In this document: one piece after another, positions 9,880-19,299 of the stretch
Numbering within the stretch: the stretch's first letter is position 1
Layout: each line of letters opens with the position of its first letter
Source of the DNA: Candidatus Micrarchaeota archaeon
Lineage (GTDB): Archaea > Micrarchaeota > Micrarchaeia > Anstonellales > J096
Reading direction: 5' to 3'
DNA: 64,000 nt
Assembly: GCA_026982895.1 (NCBI GenBank)
Contig: JALWQW010000030.1
Location: 14,115 to 78,114, forward strand
Program-made: the position numbers and the translations under genes
Notes under the pieces: model-generated
Databases searched by the model: none
What the model was told of the DNA's origin: nothing
Seen by the model: only the letters and a program-made list of their open reading frames with translations

Positions 9880-10653
9880 TTAGGAGCTCTCAAGCAATTC
9901 CATTACTTTTTCATAAACCTCAGTATATATTGAAGGATGGGCAACCAAAATGAAGGGCTCGTCGTTGTAATTGAGAGGCTTAGCCTCTAATCCAGCTTCT
10001 CTCGCTATAAGCTCAGCAGCGCGGAAATCCCAAAGTTTTAGGCCATAGCCAATAAAGGCATCGAAGTAACCCTTAGCTACATAGCTAATTTCAAGGGCAG
10101 CACTGCCAAATTTTCTTATATCTGCGATGCGTTCTTTATAGTAGGCGAAAATTCTAACGGCCCTTCGCTTAATCTCGACAGAACGGCCATGGCAGAAGCC
10201 AAAAAACTGCTTTTCTTCAGGACGAGGTAGCGGCGCCTTGAATAGAGTGTTGTTAAAGAGAGCTCCATAATTTTTAGCAGCTGAAAAGAGCTCATCTAAT
10301 ATAGGATTATAAACAGCACCTGCTATAACCTCTCCCTTATGCTCAACGGCTATGGACACATTGAAAAAAGGAACATGTTTAGCGAAGTTGTTTGTGCCAT
10401 CGAGAGGGTCTATAACCCAGCGGTACTCCTTACCCACTACTTCCCCTTCCTCTTCGCCTATAATGGCATGATCAGGAAATAACGCCCTTATTTCATCCTT
10501 TATAAGCGCTTCGCTTTCCTTATCCACAGAAGTAACCAAGCTTGTATCCGCTTTACTTTCAACATCAAAATTGCCGAAGAAAGCCCTGCGTTGAATTCTG
10601 CCCGCTTTTACGGCTAAATCCTCTGCCACCTGCCTAAGAACCTTCGCATCCAT
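9880..10653 (-). CDS. suhB: inositol monophosphatase / FBPase family protein
   Basis: GEE, WVIDPLDGTNNF, GSAALE, WDF motifs. Confidence 0.92.
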   Translation of the reverse strand: MDAKVLRQVAEDLAVKAGRIQRRAFFGNFDVESKADTSLVTSVDKESEALIKDEIRALFPDHAIIGEEEGEVVGKEYRWVIDPLDGTNNFAKHVPFFNVSIAVEHKGEVIAGAVYNPILDELFSAAKNYGALFNNTLFKAPLPRPEEKQFFGFCHGRSVEIKRRAVRIFAYYKERIADIRKFGSAALEISYVAKGYFDAFIGYGLKLWDFRAAELIAREAGLEAKPLNYNDEPFILVAHPSIYTEVYEKVMELLESS

Positions 10654-10703
10654 GAGTAAATGAGAGGTAAAGAGTTTTTAACACTTGCTTTCAAAAGACA
10701 GGG

Positions 10704-11582
10704 ATGCTAATTCTGTGGGATGTTGATGGCACAATGCGGCGAACAGGGAGGGCGCTTTACCGTGCTTTCAAAAAAGCAACGAAGCGGAGGAACCCATTCA
10801 AGCGCATAGAGGAGAGGGATTTTTATAAAGATGAAGATGCCTTCGGGAAGGTTATGGGAATAGCGCAACATTTATCATTGAGAAGAGTAGGTGCCTTTAA
10901 AGAGCTTCTATTAGGTTTGGAGATTATATACAGTTTATCAAGTATGGAATATGACATAAAAAAGGTCCTCACTCATCCAAATCCATTAAAAGAGAGCCTC
11001 GACCTTCTCGTTCTGCAAGAAGGGCAAGTAGCAAAAGCAAAACTCCCTTTATTTATATTGGAAATGATTCCCCCTCTTATGAAAGAATTCGCGGAATTAA
11101 AGGCAAGAGAATTCGCCATAGAAACAATAAATATGTTAGACGCAAAAGGATACGACCAAGGCATAATTACAGCATCCCCTGGACTGACGAGCCTATGGGT
11201 GGAGAGATTTGTTGAAAGGCCCTTGGGAAGGCAAATATTCAAAAGAGAATTGATCTTCGAGAGGCAACGTGACAAAAACAGAGCTTTTGGCAGGGCATTA
11301 TTCATTAAGCCATCATCACAAGTAATCTACATAGGCGATTGTGGAACAGACATAAGCGCATTTTTAACTGCCACAAAAGAATGGCGCTTTGAAGGAACAA
11401 TGTTTCTAGTAGAGAGCGAATTTACAATTAAGCCAGTGGTTGAGAGGATAATAAAAAACCAAAACATATTTAGATTAAATGAAAATTTACATATCCTTCC
11501 TAACCATATCCTCCCAGAAACTGGGAAGAGAATCCTTGAGATTGGGGAAGATGTCGAGAGCATCCTCCACGAACTCGTCTGA
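10704..11582 (+). CDS. HAD-superfamily hydrolase
   Basis: Motif I WDVDGT, motif II ITAS, motif IV IGDCGTD. Confidence 0.8.
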   Translation: MLILWDVDGTMRRTGRALYRAFKKATKRRNPFKRIEERDFYKDEDAFGKVMGIAQHLSLRRVGAFKELLLGLEIIYSLSSMEYDIKKVLTHPNPLKESLDLLVLQEGQVAKAKLPLFILEMIPPLMKEFAELKAREFAIETINMLDAKGYDQGIITASPGLTSLWVERFVERPLGRQIFKRELIFERQRDKNRAFGRALFIKPSSQVIYIGDCGTDISAFLTATKEWRFEGTMFLVESEFTIKPVVERIIKNQNIFRLNENLHILPNHILPETGKRILEIGEDVESILHELV

Positions 11583-12560
11583 AAGAAGGCGAGAAGCAAT
11601 TTGTGGATAGTATTCCAACAAAGACATAGCAGTATCTATGACTGTAGGCTTGCCATGAATAAGGGCTTGCTCAAGCAGGGGTTTGCCATTAACGTTCAAT
11701 GTCAAAAGGTTTTCAAGAGCCCTCCCCATATAATGGTGAAGAACAGGATCTGCCAATGGTAGGCCCAATTCACTATACATTTTAATATAGAGGACTCTCA
11801 TGAAAATTAAGCTCGTCGCCAATGTTTTGCCAATCATAGCTGGATTGGGATATTCAACTAAATCTTTGTAGAACACAGGGGCTAAGCTATCAAAGAAAAA
11901 TGGATAAGATTCTTCTGGTGTCTCCCATTCGATAACTCTTGCATTGAATAAAGCACTGTTTATATCACCATTTTTAAGCAAAGCTGCTAACTTACCGCTC
12001 GGCGTTATCATGTTCAAAGCATCATTTGTATATTTATGATAATCCACACTTTCCGCAACCTCAGCCAAAAATACTGCTAAAGGGTAGAGGTGGTTTTTTA
12101 TCAGAAGAGAAAGAAGTGTCTCCCCGTCAGCATCACGAGCATAAATCATTGTGCGCATCCAATTCTTCTGCTTTATCTCGTTGGCATCGCCGACTTTGCC
12201 ACTCGTGCTTATGAGCGTCTCCACAAATGAGGATATGAGCATATTTTCTAGAGTATCCCATTTTTTGAACACTTCCTTAGATATGTATCTGGATTCAATA
12301 GCACTGCCAACCTCCCGTATGTATTTTGAGTATATGGCTGGAAGTTCATTCACGCGGCTCATTACATGAAATGCGTCTGCATCTCTAGTGACAATCTTCA
12401 GTCTATTCAATTCATCACGAGAGATTAGTTCTTCCCTTGGATAGATGTCTGGATCTATATATTTCACACGAACGAATTCGTTGCTGTTTTTAGCTGTATC
12501 CTTAACACTAACCCTATTCTTACCTTTAAGCAAGCTCTTAATTTTGTTTTTGAAGCTCAT
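11487..12560 (-). CDS. hypothetical protein (possible degenerate ankyrin-like segments)
   Basis: Long ORF with upstream TATA; DADGETLLSLLI and NVNGKPLLEQAL loosely resemble ankyrin starts; 3' end overlaps the convergent HAD gene. Confidence 0.65.
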   Translation of the reverse strand: MSFKNKIKSLLKGKNRVSVKDTAKNSNEFVRVKYIDPDIYPREELISRDELNRLKIVTRDADAFHVMSRVNELPAIYSKYIREVGSAIESRYISKEVFKKWDTLENMLISSFVETLISTSGKVGDANEIKQKNWMRTMIYARDADGETLLSLLIKNHLYPLAVFLAEVAESVDYHKYTNDALNMITPSGKLAALLKNGDINSALFNARVIEWETPEESYPFFFDSLAPVFYKDLVEYPNPAMIGKTLATSLIFMRVLYIKMYSELGLPLADPVLHHYMGRALENLLTLNVNGKPLLEQALIHGKPTVIDTAMSLLEYYPQIASRLLSDEFVEDALDIFPNLKDSLPSFWEDMVRKDM

Positions 12561-12617
12561 AGCCGCTTATTATGTAGATATATGCTTATAAACCTAGCGA
12601 TTACAACAAAATAATAG

Positions 12618-12655
12618 TTTATAGGCCACTCATTAATACTTTATAAGCCACTCAT
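12618..12655. promoter_or_regulatory. 16-bp direct repeat upstream of glyS, candidate regulator site
   Basis: TTTATAGGCCACTCAT (12618-12633) and TTTATAAGCCACTCAT (12640-12655), 22-bp period. Confidence 0.4.
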
Positions 12656-12698
12656 CCACAGGGAGCAATTTATAAAGATTTTTAAAGAAAAACCAGCC

Positions 12699-14183
12699 AT
12701 GGAACTCCACGAACGCGTATTTGAAATATCACTGACGAGGTTGATATTCTACCCTAGCAACGAGCCATATGGCGCGATAGCAGGCTTTTATGACTATGGG
12801 CCTATAGGCATCCGAATAAAACGCAACATAGAAAAACTATGGCGAGAGATATTTATAGAGAGCGAAGGACATTTAGAGGTCCAATCGACGATTGTTACGC
12901 CTGAATCTGTATTGGAAGCGAGCGGACATGTAGCAGAATTCACAGACCCAATTACAGAATGCCAGCAATGCCACTTTAAATTTAGGGCCGATAAATTGAT
13001 AGAGCAAAAATTCAACATGGAGTGGCAGGGAGATTGGAATGAATTGAAAGAGAAGTTAGCGGAGATGAAATGCCCTCGCTGTGGAGGCAAATTGGGCGAG
13101 CCATATAAAGTAAATCTGATGTTCAATACAGAAATAGGCTATGACGGCAATAAAGCATATTTAAGGCCAGAAACAGCTCAAGGAATATTCACAGCTTTTC
13201 CACGCCTTTTCAAGTTGGCGGGCGCTCAATTGCCTATGGCTGTTGGACAGATAGGGAAGAGCTTCCGCAACGAGATAAGCCCAAGGAGAGGCCTTGTGAG
13301 GCTCAGAGAATTCACACAAGCAGAGCTTGAGTATTTTATGGACCCAGAAAACCAAAAGCACTCTAAACTCAAAGATGTCGAGAACATTGAGTTTAACTTT
13401 AAGCATAGAGGAAGCAGTGAAGTTGTTAAGGAAACAGCTAAGAGTCTGGTTGAAAAAGGCGTTTGCAGCGAGGTCTTTGCATATTTCTTAGCCAAAGAGT
13501 GGATTTTCTTTAAGACCCTTGGCTTAAAAGAAGATAAGATGTGGCTCCGCCACTTAAGAGACGATGAAACACCCCATTATTCAGGTGGCAATGTAGATAT
13601 GGAGGTAGAAACAAGTTATGGTATTATTGAGATAGCAGGCAATGCATATAGGACAAATCACGATTTAGGCCAGCATTTCAAGAAAACCAATGACAAGGGT
13701 TTCAAAGTGAAGCTAGAGGGTAAGGATGAGCCAATAATTCCGCATGTCTTCGAGGTTTCCATTGGCATAGACAGGACACTCTTCGTTATGTTAGAACATA
13801 GCTTCGAAGAAAAGGGCAAAAAAGAAGAAGGCAAAAAGGGCTGGGCATGGTTCCGCTTCAGCACAGCAGTAGCCCCATACGACGCTCTTGTAGGACCACT
13901 GCTCAGCAACGATGAGAAGCTTGTCGAAAAAGCCAAGGTGGTGTTTGAGAAGCTTCGTATGGAGAGCCTAGATGTTTTATATAAAGAAAAAGGCAGTATA
14001 GGCAAGCGCTATGCAAAGGCAGATGAGATAGGCGTTCCCTATGCAATAACCATCGACCACCAAAGCTTGGAAGACAACACAGCAACTATTCGCTTTAGAG
14101 ACAGTGGAGAGCAAGAACGCGTAGCCATCGACGAGTTAGCAGAGAAGCTTAAAGAGTACATTGGCAAGGGAAGGACTGCCTGA
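12699..14183 (+). CDS. glyS: glycine--tRNA ligase (alpha2 type)
   Basis: YDYGPIG, LRPETAQGIF, GKSFRNEISPR, REFTQAELE, SIGKRYAKADEIG. Confidence 0.97.
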   Translation: MELHERVFEISLTRLIFYPSNEPYGAIAGFYDYGPIGIRIKRNIEKLWREIFIESEGHLEVQSTIVTPESVLEASGHVAEFTDPITECQQCHFKFRADKLIEQKFNMEWQGDWNELKEKLAEMKCPRCGGKLGEPYKVNLMFNTEIGYDGNKAYLRPETAQGIFTAFPRLFKLAGAQLPMAVGQIGKSFRNEISPRRGLVRLREFTQAELEYFMDPENQKHSKLKDVENIEFNFKHRGSSEVVKETAKSLVEKGVCSEVFAYFLAKEWIFFKTLGLKEDKMWLRHLRDDETPHYSGGNVDMEVETSYGIIEIAGNAYRTNHDLGQHFKKTNDKGFKVKLEGKDEPIIPHVFEVSIGIDRTLFVMLEHSFEEKGKKEEGKKGWAWFRFSTAVAPYDALVGPLLSNDEKLVEKAKVVFEKLRMESLDVLYKEKGSIGKRYAKADEIGVPYAITIDHQSLEDNTATIRFRDSGEQERVAIDELAEKLKEYIGKGRTA

Positions 14184-14231
14184 CTAGTGAAAAGAGTATA
14201 TTTTTAAACACTTTTATACACATATATTACT

Positions 14232-14738
14232 ATGACATCAAAAGATAATAAAAAGAAAATTTGGAAAGTTGCTAGAGACGTCTTAGCAGGCATCGCAACC
14301 GCATATGTTCTAGCTTTTGGGATTAAGTATGGTGCCTACCAAACAGTGGCTTATTATACTAACCACTCAGAAGGAAAAGCTGTGGCAGAAGTAGAAGGCA
14401 CAACCTATCGTTACCTCGAAGAAGTTAACGGCAAAGAGTTGCTCATCGAACGTAAAGTTTTCCCTATTTTTGAAGGAAACGAAAATATAATTGTAAGTGA
14501 AGATAAAGGTGATGGTCTTATACTTAAACGCTTTGAAAACGGAAAACTCTGGTTAAAAGAAGGCAAAAAACTCACACCGGAAGAAGCGAGGAAGTACAGT
14601 GTAATTATTAACAGATTAGACAAGAAACTCAGAGATAAGGGTCTAATCGTAAAAACTATTACTTTCAAGAAGACAAAAGAAAAAACGCGTGATTGGGAAG
14701 GCATAAGAGAAATAACAATCACCACCGATAAAAAATAA
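14232..14738 (+). CDS. hypothetical protein with N-terminal TM helix
   Basis: Basic N-terminus then VLAGIATAYVLAFGI; upstream TATA. Confidence 0.7.
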   Translation: MTSKDNKKKIWKVARDVLAGIATAYVLAFGIKYGAYQTVAYYTNHSEGKAVAEVEGTTYRYLEEVNGKELLIERKVFPIFEGNENIIVSEDKGDGLILKRFENGKLWLKEGKKLTPEEARKYSVIINRLDKKLRDKGLIVKTITFKKTKEKTRDWEGIREITITTDKK

Positions 14739-14802
14739 TCTCTTTTATATTTATTTTCTGACTAGCCAATGCAGAGCTTCTTAAAAACCTTCCATTCTTA
14801 AA

Positions 14803-15687
14803 GTGGCTATGCTTGACATTCACATCCTCGGCTCAGCTGCTACAGTGCCAACGGCAAAGCGCTCGCTGCCGTGCATCTTATTGAAATGGAAAGGCGAGCC
14901 CATATTATTCGACGCAGGTGAATGCTGCCAACGACAGATGATGAAGGCAAAGGTCCATTATGGAAGGATACGAAAAGCATTCATAAGCCACCTCCATATA
15001 GATCATTTCCTGGGGCTCATTGGCCTCTTAGAAACGCTCAATCTCCTCGTGGAATTCGATGAAGGAGAAAAATTCAATATATACGCTCCAAAGGGCTTCT
15101 CTCGCTTCTTCATAAACCCTAAACCCTTTACGCAACTGGAAGAAATAACAAAACCAACCAAGTGGGACTTCGCCGACTACACCATCGAAGCTTTCACTGT
15201 AAAGCATTGGGACAATGCCTATGGTTTCATATTCGAGCAGAAGCCCTACAGGAAGCTTTACAAAGATAAAATAAAGGGCTTAAATAAAGATGAGATTATA
15301 GAATTGGTTAAAAAAGGCAAAGTAGGCAATACACGCTTAGAAGATGTAAGTTATATTCAAAGGGGCATAAAGGTCGTTTATACAGGTGACACAGCCTATT
15401 TCGACGGATTGAAGGAAAAAATGGAAGGAGCTGATGTTGTAATAGCCGACAGCACATTTGATGAAAGCCTGGAGGAAGAGGCGCATTACAGGCAGCACAT
15501 GACTGTAAAAGAAATAAGCCAAGCAGCCCAAGAAAGCAATGTAAAAATGCTTATATTAACGCACATAAGCGCGCGTTATCCCGAGAGTGACTTGTTAGAA
15601 GAACAGGCGAAGAAGCACTTTAAAGGAAAAATTTATGTAGCAGAAGATTTATTGAAAGTGACAATAGACAAGCCTTTAAACCTTTAA
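14803..15687 (+). CDS. rnz: ribonuclease Z
   Basis: LFDAGE, SHLHIDH, YTGDT, HMT, LTHISARY. Confidence 0.93.
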   Translation: MAMLDIHILGSAATVPTAKRSLPCILLKWKGEPILFDAGECCQRQMMKAKVHYGRIRKAFISHLHIDHFLGLIGLLETLNLLVEFDEGEKFNIYAPKGFSRFFINPKPFTQLEEITKPTKWDFADYTIEAFTVKHWDNAYGFIFEQKPYRKLYKDKIKGLNKDEIIELVKKGKVGNTRLEDVSYIQRGIKVVYTGDTAYFDGLKEKMEGADVVIADSTFDESLEEEAHYRQHMTVKEISQAAQESNVKMLILTHISARYPESDLLEEQAKKHFKGKIYVAEDLLKVTIDKPLNL

Positions 15688-15702
15688 GGCCAAAAAGCCC
15701 CT

Positions 15703-16578
15703 GTGCATGTAGGTATAGTTATTTTCAAAAAGCTGAGCGAATATGCTAAAGAGATAGACGAAGTGCCTTACATTTACTATGAAGATGCTCTCGACAGGCT
15801 GAAATACGCGTTAAAAGCTGGAACGATACCAATACCAAAAGGCAGAGAATTAAAGGAAAAGGAATTCGCCCTCACATTCATGGCCGAACGCTCTCTTCTA
15901 GCAAACGCAAACCATCCTTATTTAACAAACCGTGTAGCCATAGCCTACGCAAAGAGCATAGCAAACACTCTAACAACAAAGGAGCTTATGGAAATTGCAG
16001 AACTTTTGGGGATAAATATAAAGGGTGATAAAATTCATGTTGGTGATTTCTTGAGATATTCGCCCAACAGTAAAGATTACAGTTTATATTATTTCGAAGT
16101 GCATAATGGATATGTCAAGCTAAATGAGCAAAAGCTTCGCCGCATTATAGAAGAGGTTATAAAGAAAAAATTATCGACGCAGCCGAAAGGAAAGGACGAA
16201 CGCATAAAAGATATGGTAAAGGAGTTGTTGGAGGCAATACCTAAAAAGAAAGTAACAGTCCATACAGGAGAAATGGCGCCATGCATGAAAGAGCTTTTGA
16301 ACAGGCTTAGACGGCATGAAAACCTAAGCCATTACGCGAGGTGGAGCCTAGCAGTTTATCTTATAAATAGAGGTGTTAGCGTCGATGATATTGTAAAGCT
16401 ATATTCAGCTTTACCTGATTACAAAGAAGAGATAACACGCTACCAAGTCGAGCACATAAAGAAAAAGGCATATACAACCCCTTCATGTCTAAAAATGAAA
16501 ACCTATGGACTGTGCGTCGCTGAATGCGGCATAAAAAACCCTATGGAGTATGGAAAGCATGGAAAGCATAATAGATGA
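15703..16578 (+). CDS. priL: DNA primase large subunit
   Basis: APCMK...ENLSHYAR...DYKEEITRYQVEHI...YTTPSC...C...C Fe-S domain; adjacent to priS. Confidence 0.9.
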   Translation: MHVGIVIFKKLSEYAKEIDEVPYIYYEDALDRLKYALKAGTIPIPKGRELKEKEFALTFMAERSLLANANHPYLTNRVAIAYAKSIANTLTTKELMEIAELLGINIKGDKIHVGDFLRYSPNSKDYSLYYFEVHNGYVKLNEQKLRRIIEEVIKKKLSTQPKGKDERIKDMVKELLEAIPKKKVTVHTGEMAPCMKELLNRLRRHENLSHYARWSLAVYLINRGVSVDDIVKLYSALPDYKEEITRYQVEHIKKKAYTTPSCLKMKTYGLCVAECGIKNPMEYGKHGKHNR

Positions 16579-17596
16579 GCTCTTTAGCAATTATTATAGG
16601 CGAGCTAAGATATTCATACCACGCATAGAGGAGAGAGAATTTGGCATAGGGTATGATAAAAAAATAGAACGGCGACATCTGTCTTTTTTTACAGAAGAAG
16701 CCCTGAGGAAATTTCTAGTGGAGGAAGTGCCTAGATATATAAGCTACTCCATAGCATACTATGACAAACCTGCTGCTGAGATGAAAAATAAAGGCTGGAA
16801 AGGCGCAGATTTAGTATTCGATTTAGATGCTGAAGAAGGCAGTTTATCTTCACTCAAAGAAATTCAAAGGCAGGCTGCCGAATTGTACGATATTCTTAAA
16901 GGAGAATTCGGCATTAAAAAAGCCCTCCGCGTCTTTTCAGGCAATAAAGGTTTTCATATCCATGTGTACGATGAGGAATTTAGAGAGCTCGGCAGCGAAG
17001 AACGCCGGAGAATCGTTGAATATGTTTCAGGAAAAGGCTTCGACTATACACACCTCTTCTCTAAAAGAGAAGGTGGTATGATTAGGGGTCCAAAACCCAG
17101 CGAAGGAGGTTATAGAGGAAGGTTCGCCAGAAAAGCCATTGAATTAGCAAGAGAGCAAAAAAGCCCGCTCTATAATTTCAAAAGCCCATCTGAGAGAGAG
17201 GCTTTCATAAAAGGCGTAGAGGAAGGTATTTGGAGCAAAATAAGGGCTAAAAACCCTATTGAACGCTTTGGTGTCGTCGTTGAGCATTTAGGCGTTGCTG
17301 GCATAGATGTAGATGGTGCCGTAACTTATGACATCAAACGCCTTATTAGAATGCCCAATAGCCTCCATGGAAGCACAGGTTTTAGAGTTCTCCCATTGAA
17401 AAGCTTTGATGATTTTGATGTCGAAAAGGCAGTGGCCTTCTCCGATGAGCCTGTGGATGTTATATTAAAAGAAGATGTGAAGGGTGTGGAGTTATTAAAT
17501 TGGAAAGAAGATGGAAAGAAGGGGGAGAAAAAGAAGGTCCCCTTGTATATAGCTGTGTTTTTGGCATTAAAAAGAAAAGCAATTATTTCTTCTTAG
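16550..17596 (+). CDS. priS: DNA primase small subunit
   Basis: REFG, ADLVFDLD, FSGNKGFHIH, VTYDIKRLIRMPNSLH. Confidence 0.95.
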   Translation: MESMESIIDELFSNYYRRAKIFIPRIEEREFGIGYDKKIERRHLSFFTEEALRKFLVEEVPRYISYSIAYYDKPAAEMKNKGWKGADLVFDLDAEEGSLSSLKEIQRQAAELYDILKGEFGIKKALRVFSGNKGFHIHVYDEEFRELGSEERRRIVEYVSGKGFDYTHLFSKREGGMIRGPKPSEGGYRGRFARKAIELAREQKSPLYNFKSPSEREAFIKGVEEGIWSKIRAKNPIERFGVVVEHLGVAGIDVDGAVTYDIKRLIRMPNSLHGSTGFRVLPLKSFDDFDVEKAVAFSDEPVDVILKEDVKGVELLNWKEDGKKGEKKKVPLYIAVFLALKRKAIISS

Positions 17597-17999
17597 TCTC
17601 TATTTTTTTGTCGCCTGTTGCTTGTATTCTAAATATTGGCAAGTTTATTGGAGAAGGATAATTTATAATCCTAGCAGCCAAAACAGCATGAGCTGTGCCA
17701 ACATAATTTATAGTGTTCAAGAGGCGCTCGTTCTCGGCATTTGGCACCTTCTTATCCTTTTTCCATTTTTCCAGAATCTCCTTTGGTTCATCCTTGCCCA
17801 TAAGCTCTCCAACAATCTTTATGAAACCAGCAGCACCATTCTTGCCATATGTCACTGTGAATATGTATTTATAGTATGTCCAGCCATCACCTTTGTCAGA
17901 TATATCTGTTATAGCTATATTTGTATTCCTTCCTCCTTTCCAGGCTTCGCGGTCCTTCACTTTTGCTTCTACTTCAAGTACTCTATCACCTACAATCAT
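17583..17999 (-). CDS. conserved-type archaeal hypothetical protein (possible SecB-like fold)
   Basis: Four-strand then two-helix pattern ending in YPSPINLP; GAGGTGA SD upstream. Confidence 0.6.
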   Translation of the reverse strand: MIVGDRVLEVEAKVKDREAWKGGRNTNIAITDISDKGDGWTYYKYIFTVTYGKNGAAGFIKIVGELMGKDEPKEILEKWKKDKKVPNAENERLLNTINYVGTAHAVLAARIINYPSPINLPIFRIQATGDKKIETKKK

Positions 18000-18028
18000 A
18001 CTTTCACCTCTCCGCTTTTGGAAGGATA

Positions 18029-18661
18029 ATGTTTAAAAGAGATTGGGAAGAAAGGGGCGTTATGCCTCGCCTTTATTATCTTCACAAAGCAAGGAACATG
18101 AAGGAGTTAAGAAAAGGTTTAGAAAAAGTCGAGAAAAGTAGATTCGCTCCATTTATAGAGGAGGCTCTAAAGGAAAACATTTCAAAGGATGGACTCGACA
18201 GTCCTGCTTTTGTATTCTGGCAGAGTATACGGACAATTCTCATGAGGAATTTCAGCGAACTCGCAGGTGAATTAAAGGACTACCCCCATTATGCCACTCA
18301 AATGATTGCTGAGAACATTAAAGAGTTGGTGGAGATAATGGGCAAAATTTGGTGGGGCATCAACGAAGAAATAAATGATGTATATCGTGAGGGTGTTATG
18401 AAGTATTGGATACCCTTCATAGAGCATGATGGCCTAGCAGCCCTTATGATGAATAGGAAGGAATTAATAAGCATGAGATATAGCTTTCCTTACTGTTTAA
18501 GATTTAGAAGGGAGGAAGAAAAATTGCATGAATTACGAAGAAGATATCTGGTTGAGAGATTGGCAGGAGAAAAAGGCCTTCTCTTTATACCTAAGAATGA
18601 TTTAGATTACATTCGTCCTTTACCAACATCAGTTCGTAGAATCCAAGTTGTCACTGCCTGA
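18029..18661 (+). CDS. hypothetical protein
   Basis: Start moved to ATG 18029 (MFKRDW) to avoid overlap with the divergent gene. Confidence 0.6.
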   Translation: MFKRDWEERGVMPRLYYLHKARNMKELRKGLEKVEKSRFAPFIEEALKENISKDGLDSPAFVFWQSIRTILMRNFSELAGELKDYPHYATQMIAENIKELVEIMGKIWWGINEEINDVYREGVMKYWIPFIEHDGLAALMMNRKELISMRYSFPYCLRFRREEEKLHELRRRYLVERLAGEKGLLFIPKNDLDYIRPLPTSVRRIQVVTA

Positions 18662-18663
18662 GA

Positions 18664-19215
18664 TTACTCCTCAATAGCTTCATCTTCATAGACATATACT
18701 TTCGTATTTTTGTCTTTCCAGCATGTGGGCTCCATACCCGCCTTCAAGCAAAGCTGAGAAAGGAATTCCTCTTTACTGGGCAATTGTTCCCAAACTTGTG
18801 GCAAAAATGTAGCTCGGTTGTAACCTCTCTCAAGTACGAGACCATGTTTTCCAGGCTGCAGAAAATCCTTAAGCTCATCACCGTGTTTATCGATTAGCTT
18901 TGGCACAGTGAGAAGAGAAATCTCTATATGTATCTGTGGAAGCTCTTCCCTCGAGAGAGGTGGAAATCGTGGGTCTTGAAAGGCCGCTGCTTGAGCGTTG
19001 TCTATAACAGCACGCCACACTTCCTTTATAGGCTCTATATATCCAATACACCCCCTTAATTGCCCTCTTTCAGTAAGAGTTACAAAAACACCTCGCTTTT
19101 CTTTCCATATTTCAGGCACGTCTGTTGGGTAGGGAATGTCGTTTTTGAAAGCACCTTCTATCGTCGAACGAGCCAAACGAAGAAGCCATTGTTTTTCTTC
19201 CTCTGTGTAAGGCAT
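18664..19215 (-). CDS. amrA: AMMECR1 / AmmeMemoRadiSam system protein A
   Basis: GVFVTL, LRGCIG, AAFQDPRF, ATFLPQVW, LCLKAG. Confidence 0.95.
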   Translation of the reverse strand: MPYTEEEKQWLLRLARSTIEGAFKNDIPYPTDVPEIWKEKRGVFVTLTERGQLRGCIGYIEPIKEVWRAVIDNAQAAAFQDPRFPPLSREELPQIHIEISLLTVPKLIDKHGDELKDFLQPGKHGLVLERGYNRATFLPQVWEQLPSKEEFLSQLCLKAGMEPTCWKDKNTKVYVYEDEAIEE

Positions 19216-19299
19216 GGATAAAAAGGATAAGAAGTTTTTAATAAGCTTACCAAATGTAGCTCTGAATTATTATTTAAGAGTTTCTATCAAAAGTATATT

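Noticed and set aside
18664..19215. Complete AmmeMemoRadiSam system
   Set aside because: Only protein A is present; no Memo or radical SAM gene is adjacent
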